A stretch of 63,745 bases of DNA, counting the filler, from Collodictyon triciliatum (taxonomy: Eukaryota): NCBI GenBank assembly GCA_043381765.1. It is 4 parts of 4 records of this genome, joined end to end, with 100 filler letters (N's around TTAATTAATTAA, not from the genome) between each part and the next. Parts side by side here need not be neighbours in the genome. Positions count along the whole stretch, not along the records: positions 26,589 to 43,836 come from JBHJMP010001469.1; positions 43,937 to 61,161 come from JBHJMP010001470.1; 2 more parts are not named here. One strand, written 5' to 3'. Shown here piece after piece: positions 37,801-50,220 of the stretch (positions are counted from its first letter, which is position 1; the number at the start of each line of letters is the position of its first letter). A program made the position numbers and the translations under genes. The notes beneath the pieces are model-generated. The model ran no database searches. It worked only from the letters and a program-made list of their open reading frames with translations, and was not told where the DNA came from.

Positions 37801-38649
37801 TTGTAATTGCGATAAACGATACAGTTGACATTATTGTTTTAGACTTAATGTGATGGAAATGGAACGATGATTGAAAAATAATATTGCATTCAAAATGAAC
37901 GCGAGAAAATGGACATATAAAGTACCTTTTGATGGATGGCAATTGAGGGTAATCAATTCCTTCAATCCTCGGAATCGGCCTATAACCATTCTCGATTATC
38001 CACATGTATTAATTTGTGAGATGGTACATTTGGTCGAGCATTCTATAATACAGAATTTAATCATAGAGAATTATTAGAATAACAACACAACAAACCGCAT
38101 CCAGCTCAGCTGATATGCTTCGTTGCAAACGTTGCGGAGCTCAGCCTCATGGACGCTTCCATCAAAAGTATAGCGATGCGGAGACTTTCCAGATCGGTGA
38201 GTCTCATTCTGACCTCCAGGGTTCAATGTTGTATCGGTGGCCGTATGTGAATACCCGGGCTTTGCATCAGCCAAGTCAATGACAGCGCTGGGAGGGTTTT
38301 CATGGGTATGTACATGTCCATGTACAAAGCTGCGTGCTTGAAATCCAGGGCTAGGATTGAAGGCAGGCTCCTGAATGACGCGCTCTGCTCCAGAGAGACG
38401 ATAATCTTGTGTGTTTAGTCCATAGCCGTTCGTGATATGTGGCTCTAGACACGCGCTGCTTTGGTTACTGTAGTACTGTGCTTGCTTTTGCTGCCTTTCG
38501 GCGTCACTGGCCATGATCGGTTCGACTCTGGTGCGGGGCGATTGGAGAATCTCGTGGGTGGTACTATGGCCGTGGCTTTGCGGTGGCGAGACAAGTGAGC
38601 TTGGATGAAGGTCGGCCAGGGGGGCAACGCAATTGCTTGAATGCAGCAT
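34873..38649 (-). CDS. Low-complexity N-terminus fused to a C5-cytosine DNA methyltransferase-fold domain with substituted catalytic residues
   Basis: Last two exons (35455-35801, 34873-35312) carry C5-MTase motifs in order: I VLFDGVG, II GFEID, III YDI, IV WISPPI (Cys absent), VI WIESG, VII YNAAQF, VIII QNRNR, IX RKLKLSDCAQRMG, X YRVVGSGLPVYMARALG. Upstream same-strand exons (38096-38649, ~37926-37979, ~37604-37708, ~36950-37400) splice in frame. The middle connecting exons are uncertain. Confidence 0.7.
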
Positions 38650-38650
38650 T

Positions 38651-38710
38651 ATCTTTGACGCGAAAAGCTTTGAATCGAATAAAGAGAGGAGTGATATTTG
38701 ACGCGAAAAG
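38651..38710 (+). mobile_element. Micro-insertion of LINE 3' end with TSD
   Basis: ctttgaatcgaataaagagaggagtg between atctttgacgcgaaaag (38651-38667) and atatttgacgcgaaaag (38694-38710), 16/17 match. Confidence 0.85.
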
Positions 38711-39231
38711 GAAAAGGAAAAGGAAAAGGAAAAGGAATAGAAAAACAAAACAACAAAACAACAAACTAACAAACCAACAGAAGAGCAGAAGAACACAAGA
38801 ACAGAAGAAAAGGAAAAAAGACGAAAAGGAGATAAGGAAAAGGGGGAAAGGGGAAAGATCCACCAATACAAGGACGTGCAATAGCTCTTTGGAGTTGTTG
38901 CCCATGAAAAAAGGACTTAAAGATGGCCCGATAATGGTTTGTGATCAGAGCTGGCTCTGGCTGTGGGTACGTAGAAGACGGAGAGGAAAGGGAAAGGGAA
39001 AGGAAAGGGCGATCCTGTCCTTTGGGCGCGGTGTCCACAGTCGCAGATTTATCGAAAGACATCCCACACATGCCATTCCCAAATTCTGCAAAGAATCGAA
39101 AAGAAAAGCCGCCAGACTAAATTGCCCACGGGCTGGGTTCGTCCGGCACAAGAAAATACAGCAAGGCAGATGAGAAGGCTGTAAGTAGATTGTAAGACAA
39201 TGCACATTTAATTGTGTGGGTGGGTGGGGGG

Positions 39232-39308
39232 TGATAAAATGGTATTTTTTTTTTTCCTTTATTCGATTCAAAGTGTAGCGAGGTTATGCCTGATGATAAA
39301 ATGGTATT
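39232..39308 (-). mobile_element. Micro-insertion of LINE 3' end (~47 bp) with perfect TSD
   Basis: T-run plus cctttattcgattcaaagtgtagcgaggttatgcc, nearly identical to LINE end 8209-8242, between two copies of tgataaaatggtatt (39232-39246, 39294-39308). Confidence 0.9.
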
Positions 39309-39551
39309 GATTGTTTGTGAACCAGTTGCTCCATATAGTTCCTTCGCCATGTTTCCAGCAGTACTCCTAGTTCTGACAACATCTGTTTCGCCGACCATTT
39401 AGCCCTCTAGTCGAACATCCAGCACGGTGACCTGTGGAGTCTAGTACCATATGTCCCCATGTTGCACGGAATTATATACAAAAATAACTAAATATCTGGT
39501 AACAGCTCTCCCATCTTCTTTTATAAAGTATATATATTTGGTTTTGTACTT

Positions 39552-39616
39552 ATTTCAATCTGCGCGAGATATTTTTTTTCCTTTATTCGATTCAAAGATT
39601 TCAATTTGCGCGAGAT
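39552..39616 (-). mobile_element. Micro-insertion of LINE 3' end (27 bp) with TSD
   Basis: attttttttcctttattcgattcaaag between atttcaatctgcgcgagat (39552-39570) and atttcaatttgcgcgagat (39598-39616), 18/19 match. Confidence 0.9.
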
Positions 39617-40431
39617 GAATGCTCTGGTCATGGTTTGCTGGCCACGTAAATATCATCAGGTATAGCTAAGTGCTATAGGCTAAAGTTTGGCTATTTAAAC
39701 ATCAGCACAAACTAATTCGCGATAGAAACATAAATTGAGAGTGGACATGGTCATTATGGCAGACATAAAAAAGCTACTGGCATCATGCAATTCTGCATGA
39801 GATATCGCGTTTATTATGGACAACAGGTACATAATGCGTAGTCATACGAGAACGAATCTTTTGATTGGGTTTTTTTTTTACAAAGGTATAGTGATGCTTG
39901 AAAAGATGGAGAAGACCCGTTTCTTTGCTATTATAGTTGATTTTTGAAGTTACCTCCGATGTCAAGAGTAAGAAGGAAGTCTAAAACATCCCCGTGTCTA
40001 AATTTTTCACATCTCTCACTTTGGTTTATTGAAAGAAAGTAGATACGCTAAAAAATGAAATAATCTCAATTGGCACTGATCAATTCCACTTATGATTGTT
40101 GTCTACCCTAATCTTTTGAATACAGATTATCAATATCGTGGGTAACTTCAACAAAATAATTACAATAATCCTATTTTGCTCTCGAGTTTCATCTCCTTCT
40201 GTTCTTAGCTGCATGACTGCCACTCCTTAATCTATGGAATTTATCGATATATTTAAATACTATTTAGCAGCCCCTTGGAATTATCAGGTATTCAAGCAGG
40301 ATGAAGAAAAGAGTTTGTGGTATTAATAAATAAAAATAATGCATTTCCCTTTATGGTAAGAATTATACATTAAAAAAAAAAGGGGGGGTTGGGGGGTTAT
40401 GATTTTTTCATTTATAATAGAACATGATATC

Positions 40432-41202
40432 TCAGATAAATAAAGCACATTTAGACAAATCCAACCTTTCAGGTCGCGACAACCACTGGATTGATGAACT
40501 GTACTCGGTATGCATTAAAATCGGAGCTGGGGCTGTTGGTTGCTCTGCCTGAGCGAACACTCGAGATGCTACATGGTCCCTTTCTGTACTCTGTGATAAT
40601 CTCCTCCTGAAAAACTGAAAGAACCGCCCAGCACGTATCAGCCGGGATGGCTTCCAAATAAATAGAAAAACTTTTGCATCTAACGAGCCTTGTGTCTCCG
40701 CGTCTGATTGCTCCGGGTGATTCTCTGCCACTTCGTGACTTCCAGGATTGGGTCCCTCTGATGGGCTGAAGCCTCTGCGATCGCCTTCGAGACCAAACCA
40801 GATTCGATTTAGGAATGATGCCACATCCGACGGAAGATATCGATTGATTCGGGATAAGGCCGGTCTGGTATGATTTTAACAATAGGCATGAGGGGAAGTC
40901 ATCACGCAGATTCTAAAACACATCTGCAAATAAGCGAATAAAAAGAAAAATAGAATAAAATATATATGCAAATACTAGACTAAAAAGTATTAGTATAATC
41001 TAATTTTATACCTGTACCTCATGAAGAAGCCCAACCCGTCTTTCACGATCCTCCCAATAAAGATATTGATCACCTCTGGGTGGTAGAGGTGGATATATTC
41101 GAGAATTGCTGTGAGGAATGACAGCAAAACAAAGCCCCATGCAGGGTAGTGGTCAATGACAGATTCTTGGGAGGAAGCGGAATTGGGGCTTAGATCAGAG
41201 TC
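40432..41202 (-). CDS. Hypothetical or decayed gene (exon-like blocks)
   Basis: Open exon-like block ~41018-41202 with AG/GT borders (DHYPAWGFVLLSFLTAILEYIHLYHPEV) and GC-richer ORFs at 40432-40880. I could not build a consistent splice model. Confidence 0.25.
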
Positions 41203-42491
41203 CTATTTTAAACCGGGTTGTTGAATACACAGCATGAATGAAAATAAGTGAATTCAAACTTTAAGATTATTGTAACTCGAGTCTCTGGGCAGGTATAACT
41301 CCCGTCATTAGCCTATAATGGCCCGTACAATTGCGCGACTTTTGGTTTTCAAGAGTAGCCTTGTTAAAGAATTGCAATATAAATTAATCCCATGTTTACC
41401 ATGGTATAAGCCATAGGCCAAAAAGAAGGCCTGAAGTTTTATCACTCGGCAGGAGCTTCGGGAGTGATGAGTGACCAAGCCAGCCGAGGCTTTGAGTTTA
41501 TTCGTGATCTTCAACGCTTTGAAGATTTAGTAGACCGCCTATTCAAACAGAATGTGACTGGTGATGGTAATAGAATGAATTGAGAGAATGGCCATCGGGG
41601 CCCTTAGCCAGCTCTTTCGACTAGCTTCCCAACGCTATTGTCTTCAGCAGCGGAAACTTAAGCCCCGCCCCACCACGACGCACTGGCAGCGCTGAGACAG
41701 GGAGGAGAAAAAACGCCAGAAGTGTGACACGCTTCGAAGAAGTCAACGCTGTCATCAAACCAAATAGTAATTTCCTAAATATGGAATTTATAGTTTTTGT
41801 ATTAACTTGTGATAAATCTAGTTTTCTTAAGACTATACAGCTAATAATTATATAATTTATACATATATATTGCAGAGCGTACGGAAACAGGTGATACGGT
41901 ACCTTAGACCTAATTCCACGCTACAGGCGGGGCACTAGCACCGTGGAACTGCAGTGGACGAATAAAACAAAATACAAAAATAGATATTTTCTATTCATTA
42001 TCAATCAAATTCAACATTAAAGGAAAATATTAACTTGTCACCCATAAGATGGAAAAAAAAACAGGGCAAAGCTGAAAGTCTCATATATATTAAAATTTTC
42101 GGCTCATATAAAGGCCATTTTTTTTCTAGGACTATTTATAGAGCGGAAAGGTAGGATATAAAAAAAAGTGGGGCAAATATATAGGAAACGCGAGGGACTT
42201 TGCGGGGGCCTTGGAAAATGAGAGAATCTCTCCCCAGCCGGGGTGTCCTATGGGCTCCAACCTACCAAGCCATATGCTTTTCTCCTGTGGGTTGGCAGGC
42301 GCGAAGGGCACACGATATATATTGAGACCCTTCGCTGCTTGGGTCGATGCCCACTGCTTGGTATCAGACACCAGACATCACCATCAGCACAACTAGCCCA
42401 CCAGGCGCGTGGCCACGCGTCCTGCACCTCAAATCCACCAGTCCCAGCCTGCTGGGTCGAGGCGAGCCAAGGACGGAGCCGCTTCCTTAGC

Positions 42492-42550
42492 CCTGATCAC
42501 AAACCTGATCACAAATCCGATCACAACCTGATCACATACCCGCACACAAA
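42492..42550. repeat. Imperfect 12-bp tandem repeat CCTGATCACAAA x4-5
   Basis: cctgatcacaaa cctgatcacaaa tccgatcacaa cctgatcacata cccgcacacaaa. Confidence 0.8.
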
Positions 42551-43155
42551 CCCTTCTAAATAGTCCTGACCGCACTACCCAACCCCCACCCCCTCCTCGT
42601 CAAACTCGATGGTGGAACACAACGTGTGTCCACCGGCGCACACTGCCCACGACCATTGCACAGTCGAACCACCCACACCTACCCACGCAAAGGAACCCTG
42701 CCACTAGCTCTTTATTGGGGTCCTTTCCACTGAAAAAATTGCCCGAGATCCTGAAGCCGGTTTCTCCCCGGAGGCAGCCTTAGTCCCTCTCTAATGCAAA
42801 GCCTGACACTAGAACCATTTCGCACGAAGCACCCCAAACTTCTGCTGAGCCTTCTCTGAACCCGTTTCGAACAACACCTCCCCCGACGAACCCCATGGCG
42901 ACTCCCAAAGTGCCTTCCCAGAAGGTCACTGCGGTAAGTGTTCACCTTCACATCACCCAAAACATGTTACGGTCACAGCGGCCCCGGATGAACGGAGTCG
43001 GACTTCTTGCAAGCCCCACATATCAATTCCGCATTAGGAAATTTTAAACTTCACAAATTTATTCCGCTTTTGGATAAATTTAAAATTGACCGTTTGTGCG
43101 ACCAGACAATTTTTATTCAATTGTCCAATCACCTGATGAATCTATTTTAACTTAG

Positions 43156-43836
43156 TGGATTGTGCTTGCCGTGGTTGGGATTCTCGTCTGCGCTGAAGTT
43201 GCGCGTGGGCAATGTACCGTACCCAGCGAGCAACCCTTCGGTCTTGTGCTGAACCCTGACCTCTCTGTCTCCATCTGCCTTGGCTCCACCATCAATCCGC
43301 AACCCCCTAGCATGGTGGCCTCTATCAACCAATGGCTCCCGGAGTACAACAACCCAGCCCCGGAGATAACCAGCACGAGCAATAATCCCAATCTCGTCTT
43401 CACGTCCACCAGTACCATCTACATCACCTTCATTACCGAAGGGGCTGGATACCGTAATTCGCTTGGATATTTCGTGTTCGATGCCAACCAGAACATCATC
43501 TCCAAGAACGTTGTTTTTCCGGATGCATCCAATGACCCAGCCACCCTCCAGACTGGTCAAACAGTCAAGATAGGGCCGTTCTCAGCCGGGCGAAGAGTTG
43601 GTTTCTTCCTGATTGCGAATGGGTTTACCAACAAGTTCTGGTCCACCGACCTATCCGGCTCTACCTATTACTCTATCTGGACAAAGAACCCAGACGGGAA
43701 GCAGCACATAGCAATGTTCACCGAAAGTACCTCTGGAAAAGTCCTCATCGGCTTTGAGGACTTGTACAACCTAGGAGATGGAGATTATAACGACGCCGTC
43801 TTCTTCGTTACAGTCGACGGTTCCATCGACAACAAC
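43156..43836 (+). CDS. Secreted DUF4114-domain protein, partial (first exon not located; cut by spacer)
   Basis: Signal-like WIVLAVVGILVCAEVARG; FITEGAGYRNSLGYF; VGFFLIANG; IGFEDL..GDGDYNDAVF, typical of DUF4114 / LruC-associated domains. Long intron-free stretch. Confidence 0.75.
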
Positions 43837-43936
43837 NNNNNNNNNNNNNNNNNNNNNNNNNNNNNNNNNNNNNNNNNNNNTTAATTAATTAANNNNNNNN
43901 NNNNNNNNNNNNNNNNNNNNNNNNNNNNNNNNNNNN
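43837..43936. other. Artificial scaffold spacer
   Basis: N44-TTAATTAATTAA-N44. Confidence 0.95.
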
Positions 43937-45395
43937 GTTTTTTGGCGAACAAGCTGGCTGCTGACTCTATAACTTTTTATTGGGTGATATTGACGTCTTA
44001 TTCTCACATTTTTTTTTTTTTTACATCTTTATCAAGGTCGGCCTTTCGCATGGGTGAAACTCTCCCTCCGCTTTTGCTGCTCTATATATTGTACTCTTTT
44101 CCCATGACACAAGGTCAACCGGGTACAGATCGGCAACAAAGCAATGCAAGTGGGTATGGTGCGCTAGGAAATGAAGCTCGGCCAAGTATTTGACAGGAAG
44201 GGACTTTATATTCCTATTATCCCACCGCTTTCTTCTCAACCTTAAAAAAAAAATCTCTGGTTTCGTGTGCGAGATTTAGAGATAAATTATTCGAGAATTT
44301 CGCTTTACAAGGCCGGTCGCTTTTATTTGTTGTCTTGGGTATGATGAATCTGAAAACAGATAGGATTGTTCTTTATTTTAAAAGGTGTATGCTCTATCAA
44401 AGTTGAAAGTAGCAGTAGGATTGTATTTTTATTATTTGGACTTTCTAGTGTAATAATATCAGAAAAATTGAGTGATTTTCCACGTTTATAGACATAGCTA
44501 AAACTACTTTTTTTTAATATCTCATAAATTTTCGTGGCATTGCGACCTGCAATTCTTATTCATGATTCCTTATGACTTATCTACAACAACTTGAGTTGAA
44601 TTGTTTACGTTTTTAAAAAAAAAAGTATTATTTCTAGTATTCTTTTCAATTTTGCGCGAAGTCGGATTATCACTGATACTGATATATGTGGTTAATGACG
44701 TTCTTTTCACATGTCTTCTTTTTTTTGACGAATTTTTTATTGCATCCATAATTGTTCTTCCCCTACATACCCGTATATGTCGCATTCGTCACATGTTTTG
44801 TTGATGATTAACATAAAAGGCCTTGTGGACTAATTATGAAGGATAGTTTCGTTACTGAGTTGGTTGGTTCATATCCAAAGTGTTAATCGCTCAAAACATC
44901 TGCGAAACTTTATCCTGTCCTGTAATTATAATTCATGAGATGTATTTCGTTTCAAGTTATACCAGTGATATGCCCAACTTTCTACACTCCATTTGACAAG
45001 GATACTTCTTTTTATTGGGAATATATACTACGACACTACAGAAAAAAGTGGCCGACTTCCTCTGTAATTCATGGGATTAATTTTGATGTAATTGCATTCA
45101 TATAGTTGTGTAGAAACGACTGGGGTGACTTGAGTGACTCGAAAGTAGAGAAGCCAAAAAAGAAGAATGGTACGCATTGAGCTAAAAAAAACTATGACTT
45201 AATTTTATTATATTTTTACCAAAAAAAAAAAATAATTATACAAACCCTTAAGCTCCTGAAGCCTTTGAGAAAATTTGTGCGTTTTCTGTTTTGTTCTGTT
45301 TTTCTTGGGATACTGGATTAAAATAAAAATGATTATGAAATTAATTGCCATTTATCGTAGACCGTGCACATTATGGCGTTGTTTGTCGAGGATGT

Positions 45396-45461
45396 AAATT
45401 GATTCAAACCGGTGGTCCTGCACAAAAGTTGAAAGGAAGAATAAAAAAAAATTGATTCAAA
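45396..45461 (+). mobile_element. 40-bp A-tailed insertion with perfect 13-bp TSD (different 3'-end family)
   Basis: ccggtggtcctgcacaaaagttgaaaggaagaataaaaaa between two copies of aaattgattcaaa (45396-45408, 45449-45461). Confidence 0.7.
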
Positions 45462-46406
45462 TCGAAGGGCCACGCCACCGATGTACCATATGTGTTGTAA
45501 TATCTTTAAAGAATTGAATAATCAAATATGTAATATTTATTGTTTTTTCTTTTTGTTTTTGAAAAAATAAGGCATGTTCATCAAAAGAAATTATGATTAG
45601 GATTTCAAGCTTTGCTCAGTATGTTTTTGCAAGGAAATACATACAAACCACGCGTTTGACCTGCGGGAAACTCCAACTGCTGTGTGGACTCCAACAGAGA
45701 GAATCGGTAAATATCAAAGAAATTGACTAGAATGCGTTCGTATACAAAGATTTTGCGTTTCGTATTTGTAAGTTAGAATAAACTGGATGAACCATATCAG
45801 AAGAACATAGCCTTACCAATATATATTGATGCATATTAATGGTGATTCTCAGTCACGATAATACACGAGCCATCGCCACAAATGATATCAGAACTGCAAG
45901 TATTTATATCATTTGATGTGATTCTCTTTCGTTCTGATTGTTGTTATCCTCCCCATGCCATGACTATTGGCTGTCGGGCAATCCCCTCGGACATAACTAT
46001 ATGCGTATGCAGAACAGCTGCGCATATATTCATCACTTATTGCTATTGATAGAGTAGAACCAAGACATAACTGCCGATGCCTCCCCTTATCCTACACTTG
46101 TCAATAAAAACACACACCCCTGCCAGATGCAGCAGATGCAAAGGCCTCGAGATACAGGAAGAAAGCAAGCTGCGCCCATGAACTTCCACATATGGAATTT
46201 TTCCACAACAGCGCATGACCACAGTCCCGCTAAGCCATAGCCCCTCACCGCTACGGAGTCGCTCGCGCATCTGCATCAACTTGCCTCTGGCTGTCGTGTC
46301 TATCGTGTACCCTATATATCAACGCCATTCCAAGGTACGCCGACTTATATAAGCGCAGTTGGTCGCCAAATATCTGCTCGGCTCGTGCTGGCAATTTTCA
46401 TATTAA

Positions 46407-47129
<723 letters not shown>

Positions 47130-47396
47130 TGAATAAATCCGCCCCACTCGCCCACACACCCGTTGTCCAGTTTGGCATCCACCTGGCGCGCCCTTGTCCA
47201 GACTCCGAAGACGCCCTGCTTCGTTGCAAGGCTGAGGACTTGGACCGGGGCGGGTTGGAGTCAGGGCCGCCCCTCTTTGTTTGTCTTGGATGTACTTTAT
47301 ATGTGCCACAGCCGAGGCCGCCTGCCCTGCTTGTGCTATTTGGTATGGCTTTGTGGCTGCCTCGTGAGGAGGCCGAGCCGCTCTGCCCAGAGGTGA

Positions 47397-50220
47397 TTAA
47401 TCAAGGGATGAATCGGTGGAGAGGCAGTGTGACGGAACGGACTTACCACTCAGAAACCCTTTGCCAAAGAAGTGTGTCTCAGGAGCGTACAGGCTTTCCA
47501 GGTCTCCCTTGCGCCGGTTCTGCAACATCAGCTGCAGCTCTGACCTTTGGGGAGGAATCAAAAGTGAATCTGTGTCCGTCGCCCCTCCACAGTCTGTATT
47601 AGGTACGGAATTACGAATCTGAGTCACAGAGGAGAGGTTCAAGGCGGCTTCGTTACGTGGCTCTGGAGTCCATCCGGCACTCTGGTCTGTGGAGAAGTCG
47701 GCGGATTTCTTGCTCGTCTTTTCTGTCCAGACCCTGCACGCAAACGACAGTGACCTGAAGCATGCCCACGGCCTTCTCTTCTTTTTTTTTTTCTCGCTCC
47801 ACAAAGGACTGCTGCTTACCTGTACTAATTTCGACCCAGCTTCCAAGTCGTTTTGCCACGCACCAAGTAGCTGCATCTCTGGCACGGATATGTCTGTGTA
47901 ATTCCGCGTTTGTGTACTCTGCACATGGCCGAAAGAAAAAGTAAAAGGAAATTTACCAAAAAAAAAAAAAAAAAGCCAGATGACTTTGGTAACTGGTTCA
48001 AACAACGGTGAAGTATGTTACTCAGCCGCGTCTCTGGCTGGAATTCTTTCTTATGGTTCTTGATGTTCAGATTAAACCAAGAAGCAAGGGATGCACCCAG
48101 TAAGCCATTCATTTTGCTTATTGGATAGTAGCTTGCTCACCATCCCAAACTTGTAAGTCAGGAATATCGAAATCCCGTAAGGGTCTGAGTCCACGAGACA
48201 TCCGACAGGTAAGCGCAAAATGGTGCTCAATTTACTGGCAAAAATGCGCGTAGCGATGTCTGGCTGTCCTTTCCCCTGTACCCCACAAGTAGAAGAATAA
48301 TAATGATAGTCGTATTCAGTGGACAGTCACCCGGACTAAACGATGGTATTCACAATTCAAATATATCATTATGTTCACTTTCTTTTTTTTTTTTAATGGC
48401 TAGGAAACATATCTGGCGATAATCAAAACCTTTCTGTATGGAAACAAGAACAACATACCGTCAAGATGATACAATTATACTCTGTATGAAAGTTTTCTCC
48501 GGCCATTTTTTGCAGGACTGCGTCCTTTTCAACGATCAAAATAAATTTCGCTTGCGAACGAACGTCTGTAGTCAAATATAATTTATGAGCATGATATATA
48601 CGATTTTGCTGTTGTCCTGGAGTTCGCCCCGCATGTGAGGTGCATGTCATTACCCACCGGCATCTTGTTCGGTATGAGAGTCATTACCATCTCAAGAACG
48701 AAACAAAAAAATAATAATGAATATCCTACCCGTAATATGGTGAGCATCCGAAGGTATAATCCAACCCTGAAATTGAACCCCGGCAATCATTAGCACATCC
48801 TGTTTTATGTTGAATTTTTTTTATTATTATTTAAATGATATTAACCTTTGCGCCCATGTCACCGATGTCGATGAGCTTGCCGTTTAAAATAACAGAAAAA
48901 TTTCCCACGATGCGTCCTTTTGTCCCTGTGAGCTGGATGGGTACAGATATTTTATTCATATGGGATACTTATGCTTATGTTTTCCGGTTTATCATGGTCA
49001 ATAAATGAGCGTGAAGAAGACTCACTATTCCCAATTCGTATGGAAACTTGCCTCCGAGTATACTAGTGAGTAATTTTCATCAAATTTTATGTTTGAGCAA
49101 CAAAAAAAAAAGGGTGGATAAAGAGTGGATAAAGTGATGGTGACATAAGTACTCCTTGGAACATTTTTCATATAAATTATCTTCATTAATTGTTTGTAAT
49201 ATCGTGGTCTTCTATCAAGAAAATGCCCTCATTACTGCAGAATGTTAACCACGCACTATAATTGAAATATCGTTGGATTAACTTTTCTTTTTCTTTTTGT
49301 TTTTTATTGGATTTATAGGGAAAAGTAAATTAATCTAAAACTCAAAAATATATATCCCTGTGTCGTGTTCTCATGTCAATAGAGCCTGTCAAGCACAAAA
49401 CTCATCATTCGGATTAACTTATGTGACTATTCATCGTATGATTAAAAATCCATTATGAACCAATACCGTATCGATGATCCTCTCTGACGGAAATAACTGC
49501 TTGTGGGAATAGGCCAGCGAGCGCTTCGTGATGTACTTTCGTTGTTGGCTCAGCTCGTGCGCTACGTCCAATATCTTTGCAAATATCGAGTTAAAGTACG
49601 AGCGGGAAAAAAAAAAGGAGGAATAATAGAACAGATATAAGGGTGTCTGTTTTCTGTATGTTTCCTTTTGTTATTCTAGCTATCAGCTTTATAGAAGAAA
49701 GGCCGGTAAACGAATGTCAATATGACAACTCATCGAAACAACTACCTTCAAATATCGAGAACTCGACTGTCTGAAAAAATAGTGCTGGGCTCTATGTAAA
49801 CCGTTAGTTTAGTACAGCAATTTGCTGGGCCTTCCCCAGAACGGCACCTGAAATTGAAAAACACTTTGTGCAAGGAAACTCTTCCTCTTCTGCTGATAGC
49901 ACAACTTACATAGTCTTTTGGAACTTTTCTTTCATGGGGAGCAGGCCACGGCTCTTTGTTACCAAACCTGTCGCTGGGCGTGCCCTAGTGTGCTCTGCCA
50001 CGCATTCCATTATCACAAGAACAAGTTGCTCGATTCTATCCTGTGTGATTGGTGTCTCTGTATCCATCTGGGCGATGCTCTTTACTTCTGCGTCATTCAT
50101 GATATTAGGGAAAAAGAAAAGAAAAGAAAAGAAAAGGGGTTAGGGTCATCAGAGAGCGGTTGATGCGCCTTTCTTCGAGACTGCAGCGTAGATAGTTGTG
50201 TTGACAAAGTCCTTCTGGCA
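47397..50220 (-). CDS. Spo11 / topoisomerase VI subunit A homolog (multi-exon; start uncertain)
   Basis: Exons give ITKRSLAY (catalytic Tyr position), ELGI|LTGTKGRIVG, AKFILIVEKDAV, CIILT|GKGQPDIATR, LVDSDPYGISIFLTYKFG (TOPRIM DxD) and ELQLMLQNRRKGDLESL. Confidence 0.85.

Noticed and set aside
38583-39173. 196-aa Lys/Arg-rich plus-strand ORF
   Set aside because: Produced by purine-rich low-complexity (GAAAAG)n sequence antisense to the upstream region of the MTase-like gene.
39255-39275. TTCGATTC within the dispersed motif as a Pol III B box or tRNA fragment
   Set aside because: No A box or cloverleaf; the tail, TSDs and match to the LINE terminus explain it better.
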